64,000 nt of DNA from Eledone cirrhosa (GCA_964016885.1 OZ024751.1:17546001-17610000); one strand, 5' to 3'. Counted from the stretch's first letter, positions 12,621 through 27,014 are shown. The notes: a model not told the origin generated them from the sequence alone. Numbers and translations are program-made.

Positions 12621-12928
12621 GATATGGTTTTATAAATATAGTTTCCATTTGTTAATATCGTATATATATATATATAGTGTGTTCTTGATCATTTCATTTA
12701 TTGATTTATTGATAATTTATCTGAGTGTCCCGAATCTTCCATATCGAACTTATCGGTTATTTGGTTGATTGTAGACATATTCTACGTGTGACGGTATTTA
12801 ACGATAGTAATAGCTCTAATTTATTTGAATTATAGAGCCCTCTGCCGCTCATCTCGAATTTTGTTTATCGTTAACTCGTGCGCCGATTTTTCGATACTCG
12901 ATTATTCTACTATATATATATATATATA

Positions 12929-13456
<528 letters not shown>

Positions 13457-14044
13457 TATATATATATAAATATATATATATATAAATATATATGTATATA
13501 TATATATATATAAATATATATGTATATATATATATATATATATATAAATATATATAAATATATATATATATATAAATAAATATATATAAATATATATAAA
13601 TATATATATATATATAAATAAATATATATAAATATATATAAATATATATATATAAATATATATAAATAAATATATATATAAATATATATAAATACATATA
13701 TATATATAAATATATATAAATAAATATATATATAAATATATATAAATAACTATATATATATATATATATAAATAAATATATATAAATATATATATAAATG
13801 TATATATATATAAATATAATAGAATAATCGAGTATCGGAAAATCAGCTCACGATTTAACGATAAACAATATCCGATATGAGTGGCAGAGGGCTCAATAAT
13901 TTGGATAAATCAGAGCTATAACTATCGTTAAATTACCAACACATAGAGATATGCCTAAAATCACCCATACAGCCGAAAAAGAACGACCAGGAAGATTCGG
14001 GTTACTCAAATAAAATATCAATAAATCAATAATTTAAATGAATG

Positions 14045-14378
14045 TAAAAGGAACGATCGACTTTCGTCAAATCGGACCGAGGGAACAATATTTCCGTTGG
14101 TCTTTCCAATTGCTAATACTATCTATCGGTCGCAACTCCAGGTAGAAGGAGCAACGTGAAATAAAGTGTCTTGCTCAAGGACATAACGCATCACCTGGTC
14201 CAGGAATCGAACTCACAACCTTTATATATATATATATATATTTATGGCTGAGTGGTTAGAGAATTGGATTCGCAATTGTAAGGTTGTGAGTTCGATTCCT
14301 GGACCAGGTGATGTGTTGTTTCCTTGAACAAGACACTTTATTTCACGTTGCTGCAGTTAACTCAGCTGTAGAAATGAG
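14045..14378. mobile_element. Divergent pair of CORE-like tRNA-SINE heads around (TA)n
   Basis: TGGCTGAGTGG A box, GAGTTCGATTCC B box, TCCTTGAGCAAGACACTT CORE-like motif; the minus copy carries the same tail as 36948-37165. Confidence 0.75.
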
Positions 14379-14467
14379 ATGATAGGACTAGGGTCCCTAT
14401 CATTAAATTACCAAAGACACCTCCAACGAGATATACCTCGGAGGAGGCCAGCTAAACCTGCTACGGT

Positions 14468-15240
14468 GTGAGATGTCACACGCGCACACCTATATATATA
14501 GGAAGATACACAACCATGTACACGTATGATGTTAAACGCCAGACTGAATACACAATATCGTAGCAAAGTTTCATCATATTCTTTATTATGTTCAATAATA
14601 TACTCTCCTCCCTAAATTGACAGCCTTCCTATCAGGCTTAATCTTTCAATCTGAGAGCTGCAAAAATGGTTAATTTGTTGCGGGTCAACACTGGTTAATT
14701 TGTAACTCCAGTTCCTGCCATGCCGTCTCAGTGTCAGTCGCTTCCCTCGACATGCCTTCCTCAACTTCCATGTTAGACGAGGCTTGATTGCAGCTGATTT
14801 CCAATCCTATCTGGGTTAAAGGTGGGTTTATACAGATGGGACAACAAAAAGCCAGATGTCACCTCAATCATCCTAAGTCACTTTAATCTCCAATGCGATT
14901 TACAGCAATATATTCTTTTAGTAATAACCTGATATAGTGGCTTAAATACCAGACTTTTGCTCGGCTCGTTGAAGATTTTAAGCAACCAAATTATTTGATT
15001 CTCTTTAATAAAAGTGTTCTCAAAACATTAGCGGTAGGAACATTTGACATTCTGGACTTCCAACCTGTCTCTTAATTCACCACGACCATGATGGAGATAT
15101 ATTAGAAGAAATTAAGTGGTGTGGACTGGCTAGCTCTAATCAGCGCATCTCTCTCACCACATTCCGGTACAACGCATTCACAATTTCCTATCATACGGTA
15201 GAGTGCGCTTTGCCATTTAAACAGTAAAATTGTCTTATAC
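14468..15240 (-). mobile_element. Degraded Gypsy-like LTR retrotransposon 3' end (integrase remnant, PPT, short LTR)
   Basis: Frameshifted minus-strand peptides NGKAHSTV (cf. NGKAERTV), STP...GELRDRLE and KIKPDR; purine tract AGGGAGGAGAG; then about 135 bp containing AATAAA and ending in ...CTCACA. Confidence 0.5.
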
Positions 15241-15354
15241 TGCATATGTATTATATATCTCTTTCTTTCGTATCTCATTTTCAAATTTGTGTTTTCAACC
15301 TGGGTTTATAGCCCTTATGTTTTCGTTATTTTGCTAATGTTTCCATAAAAGATA

Positions 15355-15660
15355 GCCGGCGAATTGACAGAGTCGTTAGAACGTCAGATAGACTGATTTG
15401 TGGTATTCGTTCCGGACCTCTGCTCTCTGAGTTCTAATCTCACCGAGGTCAAATTTGCCTTTCATTCTTTCGTGTTCAATATAAAAAAAAAAGTACCAGT
15501 CTAATACTGAGTCGATTATTCCTCTATATCTCTTTCTTATTTCCTCTCTATCCCTTTCTCTCTTCCTCTGGATTATATCTGCTGTACTCTGGCCTGGAGA
15601 GGGATGAGCTTCGCCAGGCTTAAAATGACCAAGAAACGCCGTATGTCAATACGGCGTCCC
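15355..15660 (+). mobile_element. Older SINE variant with an extended 3' region
   Basis: Diverged family 1 head and core plus ...CGCCAGGCTTAAAATGAC...CGCCGTATGTCAATAC; second copy at 25367-25645. Confidence 0.7.
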
Positions 15661-16029
15661 TACGACTCTACCAAGAGTTACCATACATACATACATCTGT
15701 AAAAGAAGACTTGGAGGGAGTAGTCATCAGAAATAGCCCTCCCCTCTTCTATGTTTTCCTATTTTTACACGTCTTTCATTCAAAGCCATACTGTATCGAC
15801 TGCACAGTCATTGATTGTTATGTAAACCCTTGTTAAAAAAAGCAAAGAAATGTGTGCTAGTGTTGAAGGATTAGGTGAATGGAAATTTACTCTCTAACAA
15901 CATCTGTGAAGAAGTAATTATTAACAGAATTACCTTATATAGTATGGGGGGGGGGATGCTATGTATATATACATACATACGACAAAAACATAAATATATA
16001 TATATACATACATACATATAAAAACACAC

Positions 16030-16066
<37 letters not shown>

Positions 16067-16384
16067 TATATATACATACATATAAAAAACATATATATAT
16101 ACATACATATAAAAAACACATATATATACATATAAATATACATATATATATATACACATACGTATACAGTATATATATATATATATTCACATACATATAA
16201 AAGATATATACATATATACACATACATATAAAAACCTATATATATACACACATATAAAAACATATATATATAACACATGCATATAAAAAACATATATATA
16301 TACACACATACATATATATATACACACACATACATATAAAAAAATATATATATATACATACATATAGACATACATATAAAATAC

Positions 16385-16415
<31 letters not shown>

Positions 16416-16709
16416 CATATATATGCATATATATATATAAGAGAGAGAGAGGGAGATGGAGAGAGAGAGAAAGGGAGAGAGAGAGAGCTTGTTTAACTGT
16501 TTTAACAAGAGAAGGCCGCCGTCGGATTGTCTGAATGTCGATCGTATTATCCGTGGTGGAAAAAAAGTTTCCTCATTAGACATTTCTTTTTTTTTTTTTT
16601 TTGCCGATTTTATATTTTTGGAGAATATTGATTTTACCTTGTTACATATATATAAGATGGCCGACTTACTATTGGGAAGAGGAAAGTGTTGCTCAACACT
16701 ATGGAGGGG

Positions 16710-17906
16710 GTTGTGTTGGTGGTGTCGATGGTGGTGGTGGTGGTGGTGTTGTGTTCATGACGGTGGTGATGGTGGTGGTGGTGGTAGTGGTGGCGGAAAT
16801 GATGATGTTGGTGGTGGTGGTGGTGGTGGTGGTGGTGGTGTTGGTGGTGGTGGTGTTGATGGTGGTGGTGTTGGTGGTGGTGGTGTTGATGGTGGTGGTG
16901 GAGGTAGTGGTGGCGGAAATGATGTTGTGTTGATGATGTTGGTGGTGGTTGTGGTGTTGGTGGTGGTTGTGGTGTTGGTGGTGGTGGTGGCGGGGGTGGT
17001 AGTGGTGGCGGAAATAATGTTGTGTTGATGATGTTCGTGTTGGTGGTGGTGTTGATGGTGGTGGTGGTAGTGTTGGTAATGATGTTGTGTTGATGATGTT
17101 GGTGGTGGTGGTGGTGGTGGTGGTGGTGGTGGTGGCGGAAATGATGTGTTGATGATGTTGGTGGTGATGGTGGTGTTGGTAGTGGTGGTGTTGTTGATGG
17201 TAGTGGTGGTAGTTAGTATGTGGTGGCGGTGGTAGTGTTGGTATGTGGTGGCGGTGTTAGTGTTGGTATGTGGTGGTGGTAGTAGTGGCGGTAATGATGT
17301 TGTGTTGATGATGGTGGTGGTGGTGATGATGGTGGTGGTGGTGTTGGTATGTGGTGGTGGTGGTGTTGGTATGTGGTGGTGGTGGTGTTGGTATGTGGTG
17401 GTGGTGGTGGTGGCGGTAATGATGTTGATTATGTTGTTGGTGGTGGTGTTAGCGGTGTTGATAGAAGTGGTGGTGGGGGCGGGGGTGGTGTTGATGGTGG
17501 TGGGGGTGGCCGTGGTGTTGATGGTGGTGGTAGTGGTGGTGTTGATGGTAGTGATGGTAGTGTTGGTATGTGTTGGTGGTGGAGACATTGTTGGTGTGGT
17601 GGTGGTGGTGGTGTGTAGTGTTGTTGTGGTATGTAGTGTTGGTGTGTGGTGGTGTGTAGTGTTGGTGTGTGGTGGTGATGAAGTAGATAGTGGTAAACGA
17701 GGTGGTGGGGTGTGATGGTGAGGATACTGGTGGTAGGGCTGATGTGTGGTGTTTGTGTTGATATTGATGCTGGAGGTGTCTGGCGCCAGTGGAGTTGGTG
17801 GTGGTGGTGTTTGGTTGTGATGTTTCGTGGTGTTGTGTAGTGTAGTGTTTGAAGTGGTATTGATGGTGGTTGTGGTGTGTCGTGGTGGTGGTGGTATGTT
17901 GTTGTT

Positions 17907-17956
<50 letters not shown>

Positions 17957-18220
17957 TGTAGTAGTAGTGGTGGTGGTGGTGATGGTGGTGTCCGTGTTAG
18001 AGGTAGTGTCGGTGGTGGTAGCAGTGGTATTGATGCTGGGTGTCGTGTGTTGTGTTGGTATATGGTGGTGGTGGTGGTAGTAGTGGTGGTTGTGGTGGTG
18101 GTAGCAGTGGTAGTGGTGGTGGTGGTGGTGGTGGTTGTGGTGTGTAGTGTTAGTGTGTGGTAGTGGTGGTGGTGGTGGTGGTGGTAACAGTGGTCATGGT
18201 GGTAGGGGTGGTGGTAGCAG
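16710..18220. repeat. Degenerate (GGT)n / (GTA)n trinucleotide tract
   Basis: Direct reading. Confidence 0.95.
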
Positions 18221-18292
18221 TGCTGGCGAGAACAGTGACCTCAGTAAGGTCAACTAACAGGCAACAGGCTACCTACCAATTATTTACTCAAG

Positions 18293-20420
18293 GGCGGTGA
18301 ATTGGCATCGGTAGAGGGCTGGAAGGAATGTCTTATGGCATAGTTACGTCCCTTTACGGTCTGAGTTCAAATCCCGCCGAGGCTAACTTTGCCTTTCATC
18401 CTTACGGGATCGATAAAATAAAGTACCAGTAATGCACTGGGTTATTGCTGGCCTTGTGCCAAAATAAAGTACCAGTAATGTACTGTGTAATTGCTGGCCT
18501 TGTGACAACATAAACTACCAGTAATATACTGGGTAATTGCTGGCCGTGTGCCAAAATAAAGTACCAGTAATGTACTGGTAATTGCTGACCTTGTGACAAC
18601 ATAAAGTACCGGTAAAGTACTGGGTAATTGCTGGCCTTGTGCCAAAATAAAGTACCAGTAATGTACTGGATAATTACTGGCCTTGTGCCAAATTAAAGTA
18701 CTAGTAATGTACTGGGTAATTGCTGGCCTTGTGCCAAAATATAGTACCAGTAATATACTGGGTATTTGCTGGCCTTGTGCCAAAATAAAGTACCAGTAAT
18801 GTACTGGGTTATTGCTGGCCTTGTGCCAACATAAAGTACTAGTAATGTACTGGGTAATTGCTGGCCGTGTTCCAACATAAAGTACCAGTAATGTACTGGT
18901 TAATTGCTGGCCTTGTGCCAACATAAAGTACCAGTAATGTACTGGGTAATTGCTGGCCTTGTGCCAACATAAAGTACTAGTAATGTACTGGGTAATTGCT
19001 GGCCTTGTGCCAACATAAAGTACCAGTAATGTACTGAGTAATTGCTGGCCTTGTGCCAACATAAAGTACTAGTAATGTACTGGGTAATTGCTGGCCTTGT
19101 GCCAAAATATAGTACCAGTAATATACTGGGTAATTGCTGGCATTGTGCCAAAATAAAGTACCAGTAATGTACTGGGTCTTTGCTGGCCTTGTGCCAACAT
19201 AAAGTACTAGTAATGTACTGGTTATTGCTGGCCTTGTGCCAACATAAAGTACTAGTAATGTACTGGGTAATTGCTGGCATTGTGACAACATAAAGTACCA
19301 GTAATGTACTGGGTAATTGCTGGCCTTGTGCCAAAATAAAGTACCAGTAATGTACTGGGTAATTGCTGGCCTTGTGCCAACATAAAGTACCAGTAATGTA
19401 CTGGATAATTGCTGGCCTTGTGCCAACATGAAGTACTAGTAATGTACTGGGTAATTGCTGGCCTTGTGCCAAAATATAGTACCAGTAATATACTGGTTAA
19501 TTGCTGGCCTTGTGCCAAAATAAAGTACCAGTAATGTACTGGGTTATTGCTGGCCTTGTGCCAACATAAAGTACTAGTAATGTACTGGGTTATTGCTGGC
19601 CTTGTGCCAACATAAAGTACCAGTAATGTACTGGGTTATTGCTGGCCTTGTGCCAAAATAAAGTACTAGTAATGTACTGGGTAATTGCTGGCATTGTGAC
19701 AACATAAAGTACCAGTAATGTACTGGGTAATTGCTGGCCTTGTGCCAAAATAAAGTACCAGTAATGTACTGGGTAATTGCTGGCCTTGTGCCAAAATAAA
19801 GTACCAGTAATGTACTGGCATATTGCTGGCCTTGTGCCAACATAAAGTACCAGTAATGTACTGGGTTATTGCTGGCCTTGTGCCAACATAAAGTGTGCCA
19901 ACATAAAGTACTAGTAATGTACTGGGTATTTGTTGGCCTTGTGCCAACATAAAGTACCAGTAATGTACTAATAAATTGCTGGCCTTGTGCCAACATAAAG
20001 TACTAGTAATGTACTGGGTTATTGCTGGCATTGTGACAACATAAAGTACCAGTAATGTACTGGGTTATTGCTGGCCTTGTGCCAACATAAAGTACCAGTA
20101 ATGTACTGGGTATTTGCTGGCCTTGTGCCAACATAAAGTACCAGTAATGTTCTGGGTAATTGCTGGCCTTGTGCCAACATAAAGTACCAGTAATGTACTG
20201 GATATTTGCTGGCCTTGTGCCAACATAAAGTACCAGTAATGTACTGGGTAATTGCTGGCCTTGTGCCAACATAAAGTACCAGTAATGTACTGGGTATTTG
20301 CTGGCCTTGTGCCAACATAAAGTACCAGTAATGTACTGAGTATTTGCTGGCCTTGTGCCAACATAAAGTACCAGTAATGTACTGGGTATTTGCTGGCCTT
20401 GTGCCAAAAGTAGAAACAAT
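18293..20420 (+). mobile_element. SINE family 1 copy with an internal tandem expansion
   Basis: SINE head at 18293-18414 and SINE end AAAAGTAGAAACAAT at 20406-20420. Confidence 0.9.
18415..20405 (+). repeat. 46-bp SINE-derived minisatellite, about 43 units
   Basis: Unit AA(A/C)ATAAAGTACCAGTAATGTACTGGGTAATTGCTGGCCTTGTGCC matches the SINE 3' segment. Confidence 0.95.
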
Positions 20421-20454
20421 AAAGGAGACAATATCACAGAGCTTGTAGTTAGTG

Positions 20455-21670
20455 ACACATACATACACATACAGACACACACAAACATAAAGAGCGACAT
20501 ATTCACATATACATACATACACACACAGCAATAGACACATATGCACATACATACACACAGGGACGCACATATACACATACATCCATACACCCATTGACGC
20601 ACATACACACAGGACGCATATATACACACAGGGACGCACATATACACATACATGCAAACACACAGGGACGTACATATACACATACATGCATACACACAGG
20701 GACGCACATATACACATACTTGCATACACACAGGCACGCACATATGCACATACATACACACAGGCACGCACATGTACACATACATACACACAGAAATAGA
20801 CACAAATAGATATATATATATATACACAGAAATACACATACATGCATAGACACACGGACACACTCACACAGAAATAGACACATATACACATACATGCATA
20901 CACACACGAACACACACACATACACTCACAAAAACAGAGATATACACACACACACTCACACAGAAATACACAACCCACATACATACACATAGGGATGGAC
21001 ATATACACATACATGCACATACAGAAATAGACACAAACATATATACCCATACTCACACAGAAATAAACACACATGTACATACATGCATACACACACGGAC
21101 ACATACTCACACATAAATATACACATATACACATACATACATACACATATACACATATGCACACAGATGCACGCACACACACACATACTCACACAGAAAT
21201 ATACACATATACACATACATACATACACATATACACATATGCACACAGATGCACACACACACACACATACTCACACAGAAATATACACAGATGCACACAC
21301 ACACATATATACACATACCCACACAAAACACAGAAAGCCATATGCACTTACATACACATACTTGGACACACACATATTTGTAAAGAAAATATAGACATAT
21401 ACACATACATATATATACACACACACACACAAACACACAGAAACACATACAGAGACACACACAGACACACATCCGCGTACACATATTTAGAGAGACACAC
21501 ACAGACACATGCACACATTCAGAGACATACGCAGACAAACATTCATACACACACAAACATACATAAACATACACACACATAAACACATACATATACACTC
21601 CCAGACAAAAACACACTCACGTACATATACAGACGCATGCACACGCACATACATACGCACGCATGCACAG

Positions 21671-21716
<46 letters not shown>

Positions 21717-21900
21717 ATACACACACATACACATTCATAAAGTCACACACATGTACACATGTACATATACTCGTTACATATAAGCTCACACACACACTCA
21801 TACAGTCATACACTGACACACATACACAAATTAATATACATACATACACACACTCATATAGTCATACACTGACACACAGACACGGATTAATATGCACACA
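20455..21900. repeat. Degenerate (CA)n/(CATA)n tract
   Basis: Direct reading. Confidence 0.9.
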
Positions 21901-21907
21901 CAGCGCC

Positions 21908-24035
21908 TCAACACACACAGCCGGCTCCATACACACACAGCCGCCTCCATACACACACACACCCGCCTCCATACACACACACAGCCGCCTCCATACACAC
22001 ACACACCCGCCTCCATACACACACACAGCCGCCTCCATACACACACACACCCGCCTCCATACACACACACACCCGCCTCCATACACACACACAGCCGCCT
22101 CCATACACACACACAGCCGCCTCCATACACACACACACCCGCCTCCATACACACACACACAGCCGCCTCCATACACACACACAGCCGCCTCCACACACAC
22201 ACAGCCGCCTCCATACACACACACACAGCTGCCTCCATACACACACACAGCCGCCTCCATACACACACACACCCGCCTCCATACACACACACACAGCCGC
22301 CTCCATACACACACACAGCCGCCTCCACACACACACAGCCGCCTCCATACACACACACAGCCGCCTCCACACACACACAGCCGCCTCCATACACACACAC
22401 AGCCGCCTCCATACACACACACAGCCGCCTCCATACACACACACAGCCGCCTCCATACACACACACACCCGCCTCCATACACACACACACCCGCCTCATA
22501 CACACACACAGCCGCCCCCATACACACACACAGCCGCCTCCATACACACACACAGCCGCCTCCATACACACACCCGCCTCCATACACACACACACCCGCC
22601 TCCATACACACACAGCCGCCTCCATACACACACACACCCGCCTCCATACACACACACAGCCGCCTCCATACACACACACACAGCCGCCTCCATACACACA
22701 CACACCCGCCTCCATACACACACACAGCCGCCTCCATACACACACACAGCCGCCCCCATACACAAACACACACAGCTGCCTCCATACACACACACACCCG
22801 CCTCCATACACACACACACCCGCCTCCATACACACACACAGCCGCCTCCATACACACACACACAGCCGCCTCCATACACACACACAGCCGCCTCCATACA
22901 CACACACAGCCGCCCCCATACACACACACACAGCCGCCTCCATACACACACACAGCCGCCTCCATACACACACACAGCCGCCTCCATACACACACACACC
23001 CGCCTCCATACACACACACAGCCGCCTCCATACACACACACAGCCGCCCCCATACACACACACAGCTGTCTCCATACACACACACATAGCCGCCCCCATA
23101 CACGCACACAGCCGCCTCCATACACACACACAGCCGCCTCCATACACACACACAGCCGCCTCCACACACACACACACAGCCGGCTCCATACACACACAGC
23201 CGCCTCCATACACACACACTGCCGCCCCCATACACACACACAGCCGCCCCCATACACACACACAGCCGCCTCCATACACACACCCGCCTCCATACACACA
23301 CACACAGCCGCCTCCATACACACAGCCGGCTCCATACACACACAGCCGCCCCCATACACACACACAGCCGCCTCCATACACACACAGCCGCCCCCATACA
23401 CACACACAGCCGCCTCCATACACACACACAGCCGCCTCCATACACACACATAGCCGCTTCCATACACACACACACAGCCGCCTCCATACACACACACAGC
23501 CGCCCCCATACACACACACAGCCGCTTCCATACACACACACATAGCTGCCTCCATACACACAGCCGCCTCCATACACATACACACAGCCGCCTCCATACA
23601 CACACACACAGCCGCCTCCATACACACAGCTGCTTCCATACACACAGCCGCCTCCATACACACACACAGCCGCCTCCATACACACACACAGCCGCCCCCA
23701 TACACACACACACCCGCCTCCATACACACACACAGCCGCCCCCATACACACACACAGCCGCCCCCATACACACACACAGCCGCCTCCATACACACACACA
23801 GCCGCCTCCATACACACACACAGCCGCCTCCATACACACACACAGCCGCCTCCATACACACACACACCCGCCTCCATACACACACACACAGCCGCCTCCA
23901 TACACACACACAGCCGCCTCCATACACACACACACAGCCGCCTCCACACACACACACATAGCTGCCTCCATACACACAGCCGCCTCCATACACACACAGC
24001 CGCCTCTTGCACACACACAGCCGCCTCCATACGCA
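21908..24035. repeat. Compound minisatellite GCCGCCTCCAT+(AC)n, unit about 18-26 bp
   Basis: Tandem units with a variable AC count; explains the 500-740 aa ORFs. Confidence 0.95.
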
Positions 24036-24324
24036 CCCGCCCCACCCGCCACTACACACCCTTCCCCCTACAACTAAAAAACAATAGTATTGAACTCAAT
24101 ATAGTTTTCACTGAGGTCGATATACCCTGCAGGGCTTTTATTCTGAAAACTAACAAAAATAAAACTTATCTTCAAGAAATCCTTTTTTCCCCTTTTTTTT
24201 TTGTAAAAAATAAACTCTAATGACATTCTCTTCTCCTCCTTCGTTGTCTATCAACTCCTCCTACTCCTTTTTCTTCACTCCCCTCCTCATCGTCATGACC
24301 CCCTCCCCGCATTCATTTCCCAAT

Positions 24325-24731
24325 AATAGTTTCTACTTTTGGCACAAAGCCAGCAATTACCCCAGTTCATTACTGGTACTCTATTTTATCGACCCCCGTA
24401 CGGATGAAAGGCAAAGTTAACCTCGGCGGGAATTGAACTCAGAATGGCAAGGGCCGCAAACTCTTTGCGTCAAAGCATGGCGTCCGACCCTCTACCGATA
24501 CTGCCAAGCCACCAGGTATCTGGAAATAATTGTTTCTACTTTTGGCACAAGGCCAGCAATTACCCAGTGCATTACTGGTACTTTATTTTATCGACTCCGT
24601 AAGGATGAAAGGCAAAGTTAACCTTGGCGGGAATTGAACTCAGAATGGCAAGGGCCACAAACTCTTTGCGTCAAAGCATGGCGTCCGACCCTCTACCGAT
24701 ACTGCCAAGCCACCAGGTATCTGGAAATAAT
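24325..24731 (-). mobile_element. Two tandem SINE family 1 copies
   Basis: About 203-bp period, including the flank CAGGTATCTGGAAATAAT. Confidence 0.9.
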
Positions 24732-25137
24732 GCTGTGAGAATGTTAAAATGAAAATGAAAAACAGCAGAAAGAGAATAAAATATTAGAAGTTACGGAATG
24801 AAGATACATAAAGTGGAATGTTTCAACTACAAGATAAAAAGGTGTAACATTCTTCTAGAAATTAGCCTTGAACCGAGAAAGACAACAGCAATTCAATTTA
24901 AAAACAGAATCTATCAGTATAAATTCTATTTATACCACCAAAACCGTACCATTCGGAGTACTCTGCGTGAATATCAAAAAAACATTAGTAAATCAAAGGA
25001 CGATGGATGATATAGAAACCTCACATATACAGTTCAAATCAGGGCTCCATTACTTAGGTCTGCATTATGCGATCAATTTCTTATAGAAAAGGTCCACTTC
25101 ATGAACCAAATATTAGCAACCAAGTAGAAATAAGAAA

Positions 25138-25326
25138 TAATTGTTTCTACTTTAGGCACAAGGCCAGCAATTACCCAGTGCATTACTGGTACTTTATTTT
25201 ATCGACCCCGTAAGGATGAAAGGCAAAGTCAACCTCGGCGGGATTTGAACTCAGATCGTAAAGGGATGTAACTATGCTGGAAAGCATGGCGTCCGACCCT
25301 CTACCGATACTGCCAATCCACCGCCG
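25138..25326 (-). mobile_element. SINE family 1 with target-site duplication
   Basis: Flanked by GTAGAAATAAGAAATAAT on both sides. Confidence 0.9.
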
Positions 25327-25366
25327 TAGAAATAAGAAATAATCAGAGTGTATCAGAATTACTGCG

Positions 25367-25645
25367 GTAGCGAATTGGGAGAGTCATGAGAGCGTCGGAT
25401 AGAATTATTTGCGCTATTTGTTCAGGCCATCTGCTTTCTAAGTTCAAATACCACCGAGTTCAACTTTGCCTTTCGTCCATTCGAGATCAATGAAAAGTAC
25501 CAGTCTAGTACTGGGGTCGATTCTTCCTCTGTATCTCTTTCTCATTTCCTCTCTATCACTTTCTATCTTACTGTGGATTATACCTGCTGGAGAGGGATGG
25601 GCTCCGCCAGGCTTAAAATGACGAGAACCGCCGTATGTCAATACG
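25367..25645 (+). mobile_element. Older SINE variant with an extended 3' region
   Basis: Homologous to 15355-15660. Confidence 0.7.
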
Positions 25646-25972
25646 TAGCCGCTACAATCAGGAGTAACGGGACCCTACGTACATACTGTATCCTTCACTC
25701 TATCCTTCTCTGGAAGAAATCTGGTGGATTCAGACCAAGAGAGGTTTGGTCTCCACCAGGTTTACAAAATGCCTTAGAAACGCCGAATATCGATACGACG
25801 CCTCCACAACTCACTGAGTGCATGTCTCATAATCGTCCACATATGCAAAAGAACCTCGTGATTATTGTCTTCAAAACACGTCTCAAAGCATGACATTATT
25901 TAACAAAAAAAAACTCCAACTCCATTAACAATCCTAACTGCCATGTAATTATTTTAGAAACAATGTTTAGAT

Positions 25973-26255
25973 TAACTTTGCCTTTCATCCCTATGGGTTC
26001 GATAAAATAAAGTACCAGTAATACACTGGATTAATTGCTGGCCTTGTGCCAAAAGTAGAAACAATTATTTATGTGGATCGGTAATACCGGTAGAAAGGAT
26101 GACGCTATGTTTGCAGCAAAGAGATACGGCCTTTTATGGTATGGGTTCAAATCCCGCCGAGTTTAAGTTTGCCTTTCCTCCTTAGGGGGTCGATAAAATA
26201 AAGTACCAGTAATGCAGTGGGCTAATTGCTGCCCTTGTGCCAAAAGTAGAAACAT
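25973..26255 (+). mobile_element. Truncated and full SINE family 1 copies in tandem
   Basis: Core and tail motifs occur twice. Confidence 0.85.
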
Positions 26256-26458
26256 TTATGAAGTCAAATGGTACAGCTAGGCCTTCAATTTCTATTTTAG
26301 TTCGTATTTATATATTGTTAAGTACTTACCACTAATTCCTTTGTTCTGCGTCTTGGGCTAAAGTACCAGTAATACACTGTTATGATTGCTGGCCTTGTGC
26401 CAAAAGTAGAAGCAATAATTGTTGAATCCGTGATTAACATGGCTGATTCTAAAGTAAG

Positions 26459-26647
26459 TAATTGTTTCAACTTCAGGCACAAAGCCAGCAATTATCCAGT
26501 GCAATACAGGTACTTTATTTTATCGACCCCGTAAGGATGAAAGGCAAAGTTAACCTCGGCGGGATTTGAACTCAGAATGACAAGGGCCGTAACTCTATAC
26601 GTCAAAGCATGGCGTCCGACCCTCTACCGATACTGCCAATCCACCGC
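26459..26647 (-). mobile_element. SINE family 1
   Basis: Full reverse-complement copy. Confidence 0.9.
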
Positions 26648-26844
26648 CTTATAATGTAAGTAATGAAGTTTAAACCAACATACAATTATGTCTAAGCCTG
26701 GCCACTGCAAAAATATGTGTGTATATATATTATTTTGTTATTCAAGTTTTTTTTTCAATGAAAATTAAAATTAGTATCATCCTACATGTATGTGTAATGT
26801 GTAAGTGTGCGTAGCGAGGTCCGTACGTATGTAAAAGTATATAT

Positions 26845-26878
<34 letters not shown>

Positions 26879-26972
26879 AAACATGATATTCAAGTTTAAA
26901 TATTTGAATTACTATATCCGGTCATCTATTTCGCAGCACGTTTCAAGAAGAATAGTAAACCTAAACATACAC

Positions 26973-27014
<42 letters not shown>

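Noticed and set aside
16490-16700. Unique-looking segment with MSNEETFFPPRIIR... (minus) and an AAGATGGCCG start-like motif (plus)
   Set aside because: Both frames run straight into simple repeats; no donor site or recognisable domain.
16456-18163. Gly-, Val-, Pro- or Thr-rich mucin-like ORFs
   Set aside because: (GGT)n low-complexity tract, open in multiple frames, with no splice or domain evidence.
18415-20405. CRISPR-like array of hairpin-containing repeats
   Set aside because: The units are contiguous with no unique spacers, match the SINE 3' region, and there are no cas genes; the context is eukaryotic.
21509-24059. Long ORFs of 500-740 aa
   Set aside because: Translations of a minisatellite, open in several frames on both strands.
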